DNA of 49,659 nt, filler included, from Bipalium vagum (Eukaryota), in NCBI GenBank assembly GCA_037834085.1. It is 3 parts of 3 records of this genome, joined end to end, with 100 filler letters (N's around TTAATTAATTAA, not from the genome) between each part and the next. Parts side by side here need not be neighbours in the genome. Positions count along the whole stretch, not along the records: positions 17,438 to 33,363 come from JBBMKC010137611.1; positions 33,464 to 49,659 come from JBBMKC010123225.1; 1 more part is not named here. One strand, 5' to 3'. Positions 26,200-39,600 of this stretch are shown piece after piece. Every line of letters begins with the position of its first letter. Within the stretch, counting starts at the first letter, position 1. The notes beneath the pieces were generated by a model. That model was not told the origin of the DNA, ran no database searches, and worked only from the letters and a program-made list of their open reading frames with translations. The position numbers and the translations under genes were made by a program.

Positions 26200-26870
26200 C
26201 GTAGGATGATTAAATGTGATTTTATGCTTTACACGGAAAATCAAGAAAGCATGAAAGAATATTAACTGTTTTTTTAAAGACTTCAAATATCACAATTCGC
26301 AAAAAATCAACGATTCATTTAGTACAGGAACCAGTAATGAACTTGTAGAGCAAATTTCTGTAAAAGAGATGAAAGTGTGAAAGAAGTCCACCAGTTACGC
26401 TTGATAATTAAAACCTGTAATGAAACCCGGCTTATTATTAATCACGCGTGGATTTGTAAAAGAAGTGTATGTTGACCAAGTGAAGCAAATCGGAAAATTG
26501 GATAAACTGGAAAAATTTATACTGCATGATTTGAAAAAGAAAAAATTCGACACTTAGAAACACAGTTTTCACTTCTGAACTAGAATAAATGCTTCATCAT
26601 AACCATTTTCAATATAATTTGAAATGGAGAGTGTTAAACAATATGAATCAATTTCATCATTAATAGATCATGACAAAAAGGTGGTGACAGATAAAATTTA
26701 AGGAAAATGAAGGAAGGCGAAATGTGTCTATTAAGTCACAATATTAATATTAGTCAATGAAAAGGATCAATCTTTCTTCATAAAACAATACGAACTGATA
26801 TCAACTTCTCACTTACACTCATAACTGTCAAGATCTCATCTATAAAAATATCATTTGTACAAGTTGTTCT
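26200..26870 (+). mobile_element. Very old mariner relic
   Basis: KQIGKLDKLEKFILHDL resembles LKQIGKVKKLDKWVPHEL; the rest is heavily decayed. Confidence 0.45.
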
Positions 26871-29800
26871 CAATAACTAGGAAATCTTAAAACTTTCTTC
26901 AACCACTTCGTAATCTTCAGTACCCATTCAATGCTTTGAACTGAATCCAATCTTCCTCAGCAAATTATTTGGTTCATTTCAAGATGTCAGATCTCGTAAC
27001 TACTTTTCTTTAAAGATGATCATCCTTTATTTGGACTATTCAAATTTGCTGTTACAACCCCGATTTAGTATATCCTTGATCCCGGTAATTGTTGTCGATC
27101 ATGATTTTGTTAGCCGTTTTCCGAATGTTTTTATTCCTTTTATACTCAGCTATAGCTTCAGTTTTGTATGATGTGTCATATATTTTAAATATTTCATCTA
27201 AAAAGGTATAACTATAAATAATATTTATTTAAGTACCCACAGTGAAATTAAATAAATAAAATTAAATAATAAAATAAATAATTCAGTTATGCTTTGATTT
27301 TTGTTATTTACAGTAAAATTAAAATTTATTAATTAATATTTATTTCACACTAAAAGCTAAAAAATATTATATTTTGGGCATTTTTACAAATATGAAATTT
27401 AAATAAATTTTTTAATAAAAGTAAAAGTATTTTTTTAAAAATATATTAAAAATTCATATGAAGTAAACAAACTATAAAGAATAATATTGCTCATAAAAGC
27501 TGGTATAATTTAAAGAAAAAATTTTTATATTTAAAAATTAACCAATAATATTCTTGAAATATTTTAGAAATTATTATAGTACTAAACCAGTAAATAAGAA
27601 ACAAAATTTTATTTAATATTAAATAAATATGAAAATTTTAGTTAAGTGTTAATCTCAAAACTTCACATTTATAATATTGGGAATATATGATCAATATTAT
27701 TAATTAATAATTTTTAACATTATTTTATTTATTTTGTCTTCATAAGGCATTGCAAAATCGAAGTTAATTTAACAAAATTTATAAATTTCTTTTTGTTAAT
27801 TTTTAGAAATATAAAATAAAATTTTTTACATTTTACAAACTTATTTCTTTTCATAATTCTCACCATTTATCATTCGTCTCAAATATATGATCATTTAGCA
27901 ATTTTTACAAATCTGAAATAAAAAGGCCTTCAAAAAAAAAGATGCAAGAAAAAATTTATAATTTTCTCCATATAATAATTTAATATAGCAAAAATCATTT
28001 TCGCTTAAGATATTTTATATCAAAAAGATTTTCTCTTCAATAAAATAAAAATGTTCAAATCTACCAATAATAAAATAAAATTTTTTTAAAATGTTATTTT
28101 TAATTATTGCGATTTATTTATCAGCCAATCAAAATTATCCTTCAATCTGAACTATCCTGGAGCAATTCTCTTTTATTAAATGTTTTCTTTATGAATATAT
28201 TTATATTTTTTGCTACTGGTCAAGGATAATCATAATCAAAGATAATAATAATTTTGTTATTTGCTTTAAAAGCATTTTCGTGATTTACTAACAGAAACTT
28301 AATAATTATGTGGAAATTTTAGATATAAGAACTAACCCTGGATATAATATTATTAAATAAAAATTTTCTCCAAATATTTTATCGACTTTATCACATCAAA
28401 AATGAATTATCTAATTTATTTTTTAAAATATTTTTATTAAAAAGTATAAAATATTCTACACAATCAAAAAAATATATTAAATTTAGTTTTTTAAAAATTC
28501 TTTAGTTTCATATCCCATATATCGATTGAGCCATTTTTAAAATCTTTTTTTTATTTTTTCTCATTTTTTATTTTATTATCAAAATTATTATATATCTTAT
28601 AATAATATTAATTACTTTTATATATATACATGTTTTACACTAAGTCATCAATAAATGTATAACTTTAAAACCAACAAGTAAATTTAACTTTGATTTACTT
28701 TTAATAAACCAATTACTCTGTGATTATATTATTAATATTATAATTCTCTATAACTTTTTATATAATACGTACATAAAATTAGGTTGGATTTATTTATATA
28801 AAATAACTCATTAATATTTTAATCTCCGCAATCATAAATGTTGTGCAACTATTTTTTCAAACCAAATTAAAACAAATTAAAAGTTTTCATTTTCTAACAC
28901 AGATTTTTCCATCCGTTTTCAGTTTTTGCTACATTTAATAATTTAATGATGTCATAAATCATTCACCATGCAATAAAAATCCTCTTTAGCATTTCATGTT
29001 AGACAACATTCTCTACAAAATGCCAAAATATGCATAAGAGAAAACAAAAGAGAAATCATCATGAGGCAAATAAAAACTACGAGGGCCACTACAATCCGTA
29101 TTCTACGTACTACAGGATTATTTGCATTCATCTACATGCGTTCACTTACCGAAAATCCCATGTAATTATTTGCTTTAATTTCTAGTCGTATTTGTCTGTA
29201 CAAAGAAAGTATTTAATCATTCATTTTATTTATTATTTAATTATTATAAAATTATATAAAATATAACATATATAGGATGATATAATTCCTCTAAAAAATA
29301 TTAACATTTTCCAAAAAATTATTATTTTGTAATTGTGGAAAATCAATTAAAATTAAAAGGAAAACAATTTTATTCTGATTAATTTAATTTATATTTCGGA
29401 TTTGATTTAATTTTACAAATTCGTTCATTTCTTACATCTTACACGATGATAATCAATGAAATAGAATTAAGTAATATAATAATTTAAAGTAAATTATTCA
29501 TTTAATTATCATTTTTAATTAATATTTATTTATTAAATCGATTATTAAAATTAATTTAATTCATAAAAATTCTTTTGATCAAAAATCAAATAAATATGTT
29601 ATTCAAACATGTTCTAAATAAAAAGAAAAAAATAATAACAATTTTATTTTTATTTCATAAAGTCAAAATATTAATTCTTATGATTTTTATGAAATAAAAA
29701 ATTGATTTATATTTTCTCTCCTAATTATTAATTTTAATAACAATGTAAAAAAGGCAATTATTAACAATTCATAATCTTAATTATAATGTTCCAGCGAAAA

Positions 29801-31947
29801 TAAATATGAGTTTGCCTTGTGTTTTAATTAATTGATCGTGACAATTATTATTAGAGAAAGTATTCTGTGACTAGACTCGCATTAGAAAATATATTGTAAA
29901 AAATCGACTTAAAAGTAAGATTTATATGAATCAAAAACTAAGATAAAATAATTAAAAATAATTAATGCACGCAGATTCAACAAATTATTTTTAATTTTCC
30001 TATTTTCTCTTTCTTCTTAGTTCCATTTTCATTAAGCTTCTATTTGATGATATTTTTATATCATTTATTTTATAAAATTAATGATAATTTCTGAATAATT
30101 CTGAAAAATTTCTAAATATATTTTAATGACAATGAAATATATTTTAAAAAAATTAATAAAAATTTTCCATAGATTTAGTTTCAGTCATAATTTTGAAAAT
30201 AAAATTTATATTTTTATAAAATATTTCATAAATATTCGAAATATAAATGTAAATAAAAAACTTCGTTGGTTATCTTTATCTCACACAACATTAATTAAGT
30301 TCCTTCCATGAATTTTTATTTTGTTGCTGTTGTTAATGATCTTCGTATTCTTCATCTACAATAAATGTAATGATATCAACACTATTTTGTCCCTCAATTA
30401 TCTAATTGATTAATTAGTATGATCAATATACTTCTAATCTATTATTCTCACACCGGCCCTCGTCTTTATAAACTTAATTATAACTTGTTCGATATATACG
30501 ATGTATAGATACAATATATATGTATAATTTGATAAAAGAAGTTTAATAATTATATTAAATTAGAAAAGTAATGTGACATTGTCAATAGTATCACATTCTG
30601 ATGAGTGTGGTCCTGCTTTTCGATATAAAATATTTATAGTCGCTAATTGACAATGAAATACTAAATAGAATATTAAAATTAAAAGTTTGGAATAAAAACC
30701 GGACTATTATTAGTTTTATTAGTATTATTATCATTATTATAATCATTTATTATTATAGTCGTGGCGTATTATAAATTTTACTATTATATTATTATATTAT
30801 ATATTATCAACTCGCTTTTTAAAATTTATTCATTATTATTTTCTCTCCTGTTTAATTAAAACAAAAAGTGAAAGTCAATTTGTGAAATTGTTAAACCAGA
30901 TTTCGGAAAGAGATATTTTAATTTTTTTGTAAACTAAGAATAAACGAAAAAAAATTAATTAAAAAACTTCAAAGAAATATCTGACAAATTGGAAAAATTA
31001 ATTAACAGTTGGATGAAGTTTAGAGAGAGAGATACGAAACAAGATTGAAATCAAATTGATCCTCAACAAACAAATGCTTCGAAAAATAAAATTAAAAATG
31101 TGGACATTTTTTCAAAAACAATATCAAGCTCACAAAGTAAATTGTCCATGCCCAAGGAAATTCGACAAAATAAATATATCAATTTCTTTTATTTATGCGT
31201 TTTGTGAGATGTTTTGAGAAAAAGTGTGCATTTTTCATTCAAGAATTTTTATTTTTTCAGTTTATTTTTTATTGTATTCGGTTCAAGTTGGGCGAGATCC
31301 TTTTCTAGATAAGAGATTGAATAAAATTTAACTTGAAAAAGATTTGACAAGTTTGACATGACTTTGGATTGTTATATTATTATTATTATTATTGTTATAT
31401 TATTAATTATTCTTCGAGAAATAATATCATTTTGTTAATTTAAGAATACTATTTTCAATCAAGGGATGAAAGATTAAAACAAGTCATATGAGAGAATTCA
31501 GAAAGTATTTCAGTAAAGTATATAAATTTTAAAAAAATAAAAAAAGAGCAGTATCATAATGTACTAGATCTTGTCTGTCAATTCAAATATTATAAATGTA
31601 CTAATCTTGAGTAGTAACATTGGGAAGACACAGCGTCACCTCAGAACACATTAGTGAATATTCGTAATTAAGTAGAATCAATAAGATTTTAGACCAATAT
31701 ATGAATTGAGTTACGCAAAAAAGATTAAGTTAATGCAGAAGACTTTAAAATAATTATGAAAAAGTTTGATAATAGTTAATGATGAACAAAGGATATGAGA
31801 TTCGTTTTTAATAAAAGAACGACAACCTGAAAATATTTTTTTATCGTTCCTCTGAGTCTAATATTTTTTCAATTTTCAAATAATAGATGTAAAAAAAATA
31901 TTTATATTAAAATTATTACTTTATTATAATTAGTACACAATAAATTG

Positions 31948-32002
<55 letters not shown>
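31948..32002. repeat. (AAT)n microsatellite
   Basis: Direct reading. Confidence 0.95.
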
Positions 32003-32004
<2 letters not shown>

Positions 32005-33291
32005 GTTATTTGCAATGTTTACTTTTAAGATTGATTGATGACAAATAGTAATATTTAAATAAATTTCGGACAATCATTTTTAATTGACCCAGTGGAACAA
32101 ATAAAAATGATGAAAATTTAAAATTATGCAATCAAAAATGGGGGATCAATTAGCAATCTTGGTAACTTAAAATTTTATAATTAGAAGTAGGGTATCAACT
32201 ATAGATCTATACGATTTTTATTTATCAACAAAAAGAGAAATGCTAACATTAATTTTTTTATTATTAAATGCATAAAAACGACTAAAAATATACATTTCTG
32301 CAAGGATAAAGATTTTGAAAAATTTATGATAGAATTTGTGGATTGACAACGAGCGCAAAGTCATTTTGGAAAAAATGTTAGATTTACTAAAAATTAAATA
32401 ATTAAAAATATTTAGTTGTTATATTTTATTGTGACGTTTAATTAATTTTGTTTGATAAATTAAAACTAATAAATAAAAAATTGGTCAATAAAAAATGATG
32501 ATGTCAAAAATGATCAATTAAAAATAATTGTCCTAAAATGGGTTTTAAAATTAAATAAACCGTTTGAAATGTTGAGCATTTATAAAAATATAAAAATTCC
32601 AAAATTTATTTAAATACTCACAATACACATTAAATAATATATTATAATACTGAAACATAATAATCATTCGCTAATCAATTGGAAATGTTTTTGATCTTTT
32701 AGATTTTATTGAAATTTTGATTGAATTATTTTTATAATATTATTTTCTCCTCTCTTAACAAATTTTAATTTTCTCAAATCGGCCAAATCAAAAGGATATC
32801 ATCATTTTCCCAATTATTCCTTGAGTAGAATTTTATCACAATGATTCTGAGAGTTTTTGAATTGCTGCAAAATATACAATAAGCGGCACCATGTACTCAA
32901 ATACTTTTCCTTTGACGACGTTTTCATGACATTTTGTCATTCAATTTTATTTCTCTTACAAAAAGCTTTAGCAAAAACAACAAAATTCTCAGTGGATTTA
33001 TTTCAGAATTGCTCTGTGAAATAAAAACTCTTTCAAAATTACTTTATTTCATTATTTAATTACATTTTTAATAAATGTTAAAAAGAAGTGCGTATGGCAA
33101 CTGAAAGAACACTTCTACCAAATAACCAAATTTGTTCTTGCGGCTTATATCAGTCAAGACGGCATAAATAACTGTCTACATTTCTAATTTTTATTACATT
33201 TTAATTATTTTGTTTGAACCTTTCTCTTAAAATGTTTTCTTTTAAATTGACACCAACATAATTATGCCATGTCTGCTCGATGGGTCTAACC

Positions 33292-33363
<72 letters not shown>
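33292..33363. repeat. (TTA)n microsatellite running into the gap
   Basis: Direct reading. Confidence 0.95.
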
Positions 33364-33463
33364 NNNNNNNNNNNNNNNNNNNNNNNNNNNNNNNNNNNNN
33401 NNNNNNNTTAATTAATTAANNNNNNNNNNNNNNNNNNNNNNNNNNNNNNNNNNNNNNNNNNNN
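33364..33463. other. Assembly gap with artificial six-frame-stop linker (N44-TTAATTAATTAA-N44)
   Basis: Same 100-bp structure as 17338-17437. Confidence 0.97.
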
Positions 33464-35399
33464 TTGATTTAAAGTCATGCCTTCATTAAATTAATTGAAA
33501 AATATGATTGACCTTATCATTTCTTTACGCGCTATATATTATTCAAAATCACGAAAAATCATTTTACGACTTAAGAAAACTGTAAATGGTTGAAAACCTT
33601 TTATTAAATTAGTTTCTGTTAATCATACACTGGTTAATTGAGAAATAATCAACCATATTGACTTTTTAGTTTTATTACTAAATTATACTTATGGTCCTGA
33701 ATTGACATAGCTTATTGACACCAAAATTATATTAAGGATACTGATAAATAACTATTATTTGATTTTCAAATAATTAATATTAATGTACCTGTCTCTTAAT
33801 AAATAAAGGACGTTGACTTTAACAGATTGATAAATTCATATTGATAGTAAATAATACAATTAGAAAATATATAATCAATCATTAGTACAACAAGTTGTGA
33901 CCTTATTTAAGACATTTTTTATTAAAATCAATAATATTAAATATAGTTGAAACCAATTGGAAGTTAATAAAAATATTTTTGAATAAAAGGCTGAATTTCA
34001 AATAGCTGAATCTGAATCATTAAATAAATATTAAATAACTTATTAATACAGGCCACTAATACCGTCGTTATTGTTAAACATTAAAAATTTATTATTAGTT
34101 GCTCTAAAACTCTTTTCATATGAAACTTCATATTCTTTAATGTGCATCAAAGAAGAACAAAGGATGGTGATTAATCTTCGAAATGCAATTCTTAGTTTTC
34201 AATGACTTCACGCCATCTGTCTCCTAATTTAAATTCAGTTAAAGAATTAATATTGTTTTCGTTTCATTTAAGGTTGCAATCACTCAGTGATTTCAAAAAT
34301 CAAAGTCTTCCTTCTTATGAGTTTCATAGAAAGTAAGTTTCATAGGAAGCCCAAATTATTACTGACAAAGTTTTACTAATGTGGGAATCGGCAGTCAAGA
34401 AGAAGAGAAGATAAAAAGTTGTTGGGCAAGATCACAGTTTATCATCAAATATTGTTTCAGAAAATTGCAATTACATTACGACTTTTCTCTTATTTGATCA
34501 TTGGACATTTTAATTGTGTTATGAATCGAACATTTTAATATTAACGGTGTTGTGAATTTTATTTTATCATTATATTACAAATCTGATAAGTAATAAATAT
34601 TAAATTTTTTTAATTAAATAAAAATTAAATTAATAATAACAATAATTAAATTAATAGTAACAATAAGACCAAATTAATAATAATAATAATAATAATATAA
34701 ATGACAAAAATAATGGCAATAGTAAGCAATATGTATTACCGGTAACAAGTGTTAAATAATTACGTAAAGAAAATTTCAATAAGAAATGACGTCAATAATA
34801 ATTAAAACAACGGGAATAATGACGTCAAATAAAAAAAAGAAATGAAGTCATTTAAAAATACACCAATAATAATCGCAGGAATACTAGCACACATAATAAA
34901 AAATAGTATAAATACCCAAAAGGAAATCATAAAAATTGCCTTCAAAATTTCTAACAGTTAGTTTATCAGAACTAAAAAACGAAATTTGAAAATTAGAGTT
35001 TATTACAACTCGTTTATAAAAATAATTAAAGTGTAAGTGAATTATTATATTCACTATAATTAAATAATTACACAGAACGTGAATTTAACTTCCAGTTTCT
35101 GTTTTTATCAAATTAATTCTTCTTTTTTCTTTTTGTGTTAAATTCTGTCAATTACGATCTGGTGAATTAGTTATCAGAGTCGATATTTTATTTCAGGGAG
35201 TCTACACATTTCCTAGTGTAAATTGATATCTTCTTTAATTATATATTTTCATTTTGATTTTCGAAAAAGAAAAACCTTTTTAAAAGTTGTAAAAAGTGTA
35301 TTAAAAAAAAATTTTTAAAAGAAAAAATAATCGTTTTACTTATTGTAATTGTGATCAGTACACTACCTTAAGGAGTCAGATTGATTTAAATTACACAAA

Positions 35400-35950
35400 C
35401 CCTCACATTCACTAAATTCAACACTAAGATTCTTTTTTGTATAAAAATATAACCATTCAATTCTTCAAAATATTTGTTCATTGATCTACTTTGGTTTACA
35501 GCAGTAATGGCTTTACCGCTGTAGATTATTACTTTTGAAATTTTCTTAAAGCCAAGAAAAAAATTATATGTAAGATTATACGTCCATTCAATGATAAAAT
35601 AAATAGTGTGTCGGCTTTTTCGGTATCCTTTATCTGCATTATCAATATTTTTGCTTCTATAAAGGCAAGCGCGCAATCTTTTATCATGTCAAAGTGACAC
35701 GAATTTTCATTTATATTAAAAATACAACCCATTTCAATTACTACTGTAGCGTTATTTAATTGAATGAAGTATTGTTTTACTAGTTCTTGGGTTTCTCTTG
35801 GATGGCTAATATCAAGCTGTTCTCAATGAATTATCTTTCATGATTTAATCCGATATCTTCTGGTCCATCAAAATAATAACTTATTACTTATTTTAAAATC
35901 ATTTGGTATTTGAACGTCAAAACATCAAGATAAAATATGGTTTCTCAATG
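35400..35950 (-). mobile_element. Possible Mutator-like (MULE) transposase relic
   Basis: Ordered remnants YFDG...NNA..MGCIF...ALAFI...KYFEE resemble MULE DGT...GCxFH...ALAFxP...YFE; fragmented. Confidence 0.4.
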
Positions 35951-36500
35951 TTTTATACGTAACCCATCTGCGATTACTTCGTTCTTTTATAAAAAATTCA
36001 AAAAGTTTTTCCTTAATATTGAGATGAAACTCATTTCTTCCGGCACCTTCAAGACGTTTGTAGTTTCCTTTTTAACCAAATTAAATAATTCTGCTATTTA
36101 ACTTTAATAAATGATTTAATATTTTGAGACGTTTGTATATTATATAATTGTTAATTATTAATATTATTCAAATTGTTTTTTAATTTATCTAATTTTTTAC
36201 TATAAGTATTTTGATATTTTATTTATCTAAAATTTTTACTTATCTATTAATTAATTCATTAAAATGAAACTTAAAAATAATTTAGAATTTGTTAATATTA
36301 TTTTGTATTATTATAAAATAATAGAATTACTAAAATGAAAGATTATTACATTATACTTAATTTTGTCTGTTTAAAATTTTTTTAAAATGATCCCGAATAT
36401 TAAAAATATATGATTTAAAAGATCTTCATAGAATTATCAAAAATAAAAATCAATCTACTTATTTGTTTTAACATCTCGTTTCATCAAGGTTATTTTGCCA

Positions 36501-36514
36501 TTTACATTGGTAAC
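36501..36514 (+). promoter_or_regulatory. Candidate degenerate RFX X-box upstream of the IFT140 ATG
   Basis: TTTACATTGGTAAC matches 11/14 positions of GTTACCATGGTAAC with an intact GGTAAC half-site, 14 nt before the ATG; IFT genes are established RFX targets. Confidence 0.4.
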
Positions 36515-36528
36515 GCTATATTTAATTA

Positions 36529-36669
36529 ATGGCTATATACTTATCTAAGAAAATTGATCTTGATAATGTTCAAATTTTGGATGCCAAATTTCATAAAAAG
36601 TTAGAGTTATTAGCTGTATCAGTTATTAAAAACTCATCAATTGGTCAAGTTTTTATTCTCAATAATAAG
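36529..36669 (+). CDS. IFT140: IFT140 exon 1
   Basis: ATG 36529; MAIYLSKKIDLDNVQILDAKFHKKLELLAVSVIKNSSIGQVFILNNK; donor AAG|gtagaa. Confidence 0.85.
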
Positions 36670-39600
36670 GTAGAAAACATTTAATTGATAATTATAAAAT
36701 TGTATTTTATTAAAGGGCGATATATATGATTCGTGTAAAATAAATAAAGATGTACCATCATCTGCTATTTTATGGCATCCATCCAAAGCATTATTAGCAA
36801 TCGGATGGTCAAGTGGACAAATATCTATATTTGATGAAACACATAATTTGATATCAGAATCCATACATATACATAGTTTACCTATTGCTTCTTTTTCCTG
36901 GTCTAGTCATGGTACGCGTCTAATATCAGCAGATATTGAGGGTCATTTACATGCTTGGAAAGTCGATGCAAGGGGAGGGTTTTCTCAAATGCCGTTATAT
37001 AGCTATAATGCTAATTGTGCCATTAATTGTATATTACTCAGAATGCCGAAACTGAAAGGCAGTGATATTTAGTAATGTTTTCATTAATTCAAAATTATTT
37101 AATTTGATATCAGTGATATTAGAGAGCTAGCTCGAGCAGCTGTCGGTGGAGATGAGAGGGCTTTAGACTTGATGACCTGGTCTAAAAACAATAGCGGAAT
37201 TAAATTGACAGGATATAGTTACATTGAAGTTTCAAACTTCTTTGCTGGATTAGCAGATGGTAATTAGTGAAACCTTTATTGATTTATAAATATTATCTTT
37301 AATTTAGAATCATATTTTTAGAATTTTTTATAGTTATTTGCGAAAATTATAAAAATTATTTTATTTTATCACTCTTAAAAATAATTTTATCAATTAATTA
37401 ATTGTACATAAAGTATGATATTTATGTACATTCTGCTGAAGAATTGTTTCATAAATTATTTTTTTTAATTCACATTTTTAATGATCATTGATTTTATTTT
37501 GATCAAAATTGTGTTCCAATTAATTTAATAGGAAAATAATAATTACAAACCTTAATTTGAATTTATTATTATTAAACACGTTTTAATTTTAATCAAGTTT
37601 AATTAAGATTTAAATATTAAAGTTATGTTATTTCTTTAAAACAGCTAAATATTTCTTTGAAAATGCGTAAAATTCGAATATTGAAAATCTATTTTCACTT
37701 ATAAGATTGTGAATTAAAACGATAAAAGCTTTTCCATTTTTGAATATTTTGATAAAATCTGCTTCATAAATTCAATTAAACCAAAATCTTTACTGTTTTC
37801 GATTTTATTTTTTTCCACTTTTAATAATTGAAATATTGAAAAGTTTCATAAACCGAAATTCTATTCTTGACTAGTTAATGTTTTTTGATGATATTATAAA
37901 TTCGGTTTTATATTTGCTGTTGCTATTATTCATTGTACAACCTTATTTTCACTTAGCTTTAAAAACGAGGACCATTCATATTATTAAGGTGTTTCTGAAA
38001 ATTTTTAGATTTATGATAATATAATTTTCCGCTTGTTGACTTCTTGACTTGTCTACTGTTTAGATCTGAAGGATATAAAATAGTAAAAGGAAATTGGAAG
38101 TTTTTATTAGGAGACAGACATTCAATTTTTTGAAAAAATTAATCAAAACCTTGAATATTCTTATTGATATTTATTTTGATCATTATTGATTTGTCTTGTT
38201 ACTATGATATTTGAACGAAATTTTTGGTAAAAAAAATTTCTAATATTGATATTAATTTTTTCGCATAAATAATGTGGTTTTTAAATACTTTTTTCCCATT
38301 ATTATTTAAGTTGTTCTTATATGCTTTGAAAATTTTTTAATTTAACGTATGTATTCCTTTAGTATTGTCAGAAAAATATTTCTTGCATTAATTAGTATTT
38401 TTTCATCTTAGAGTTTTGGAAAGGATATCCGGTGGATATAATGATTTAGACGTCATTTTCACTGCAATTAATCAAGCTTTATGCCATTATCTTTTAACTT
38501 TATGATGACTCGTTTTCTTAAATCATAACCTACAAGATGATGATAATAGTTGTTTTCACGAGTTTAATATACAACGTTTTATGAGTTTAATATATAATAT
38601 ATAAATTTTATAATGTGTTTATGTATGACCTTATGAAGACTACAAAAGTAGTTGTAAGCTATAAGACACTGCTATTTTTATACTTTTACAATGTTATAAT
38701 ACAATCCTTTTATCATCTCTAAGTTAAATGCAATCCTCACAAACTTGATAATTTTTTCTTCATTAAAATACTAACATTTAGTAAATGATTTCCTTGTTCT
38801 ATAGTCTATATAAATTAGTTTTTATACTTATATTTTAAGTTTTACTAGTAAAGATATAGTAGTAGTACGTTTTCAAAAATATTTTAAAACTATTTTTTGA
38901 AATTATTTTTATTTTGTCATTGTTAGCAGCAGATAATTTCAAAAATTTTATTATTCCAATAAAATACTTAAACAAATTTCCTTAAATTAATTAATTTAAA
39001 TAAAGTGTTTCTTTTATTATTTTTTAAAAAAGATATTTTAAAATTAAATTAATGTTTTAAAATTAACTAATAATGAATATTAATGATTAATGGATATTCA
39101 TATCGAATTTTAAAAAGGACACTAAAAAATTAAAAATTCAAAAATATGTTCAAATACTCACAGTCATGTAAGTTCTCTTTGTTTATTTTGAATTCTTTGA
39201 TAATTCCTTAGAAGATCTGACACCTTAATTGAAAAGAATGAAATCATGATTTATACTAGTTTGGATGAATTTACAACTTCTCCAACTGGAATTCTCTCGA
39301 ATGTTAAATATTATTAATTCTTCACTTTTTCTACTTAATGTAATTTTATGTCAATAAATCTTACAAAAAATGCTTATGAAAGTATCCACTATTATATATA
39401 TATATATTAGAACTTCTTATAATTCACTTTACAAATATATTATAATTTGTATTATTGATTATTTGTAATACATTTTTATTGATTTAAACTTATGAAATAT
39501 AAAATTAAAAAAATTTATTATTATTGATTTTATTTTTTAAACAATTGTAAAAATTTATGATTAATTGTATTAGAATTAATATTGAAATATCTTAAAATAT

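Noticed and set aside
33094-33171. 25-aa small ORF MATERTLLPNNQICSCGLYQSRRHK
   Set aside because: No homology or splice support; length expected by chance.
36637-36864. 75-aa minus-strand ORF
   Set aside because: Antisense shadow of IFT140 exons 1-2.
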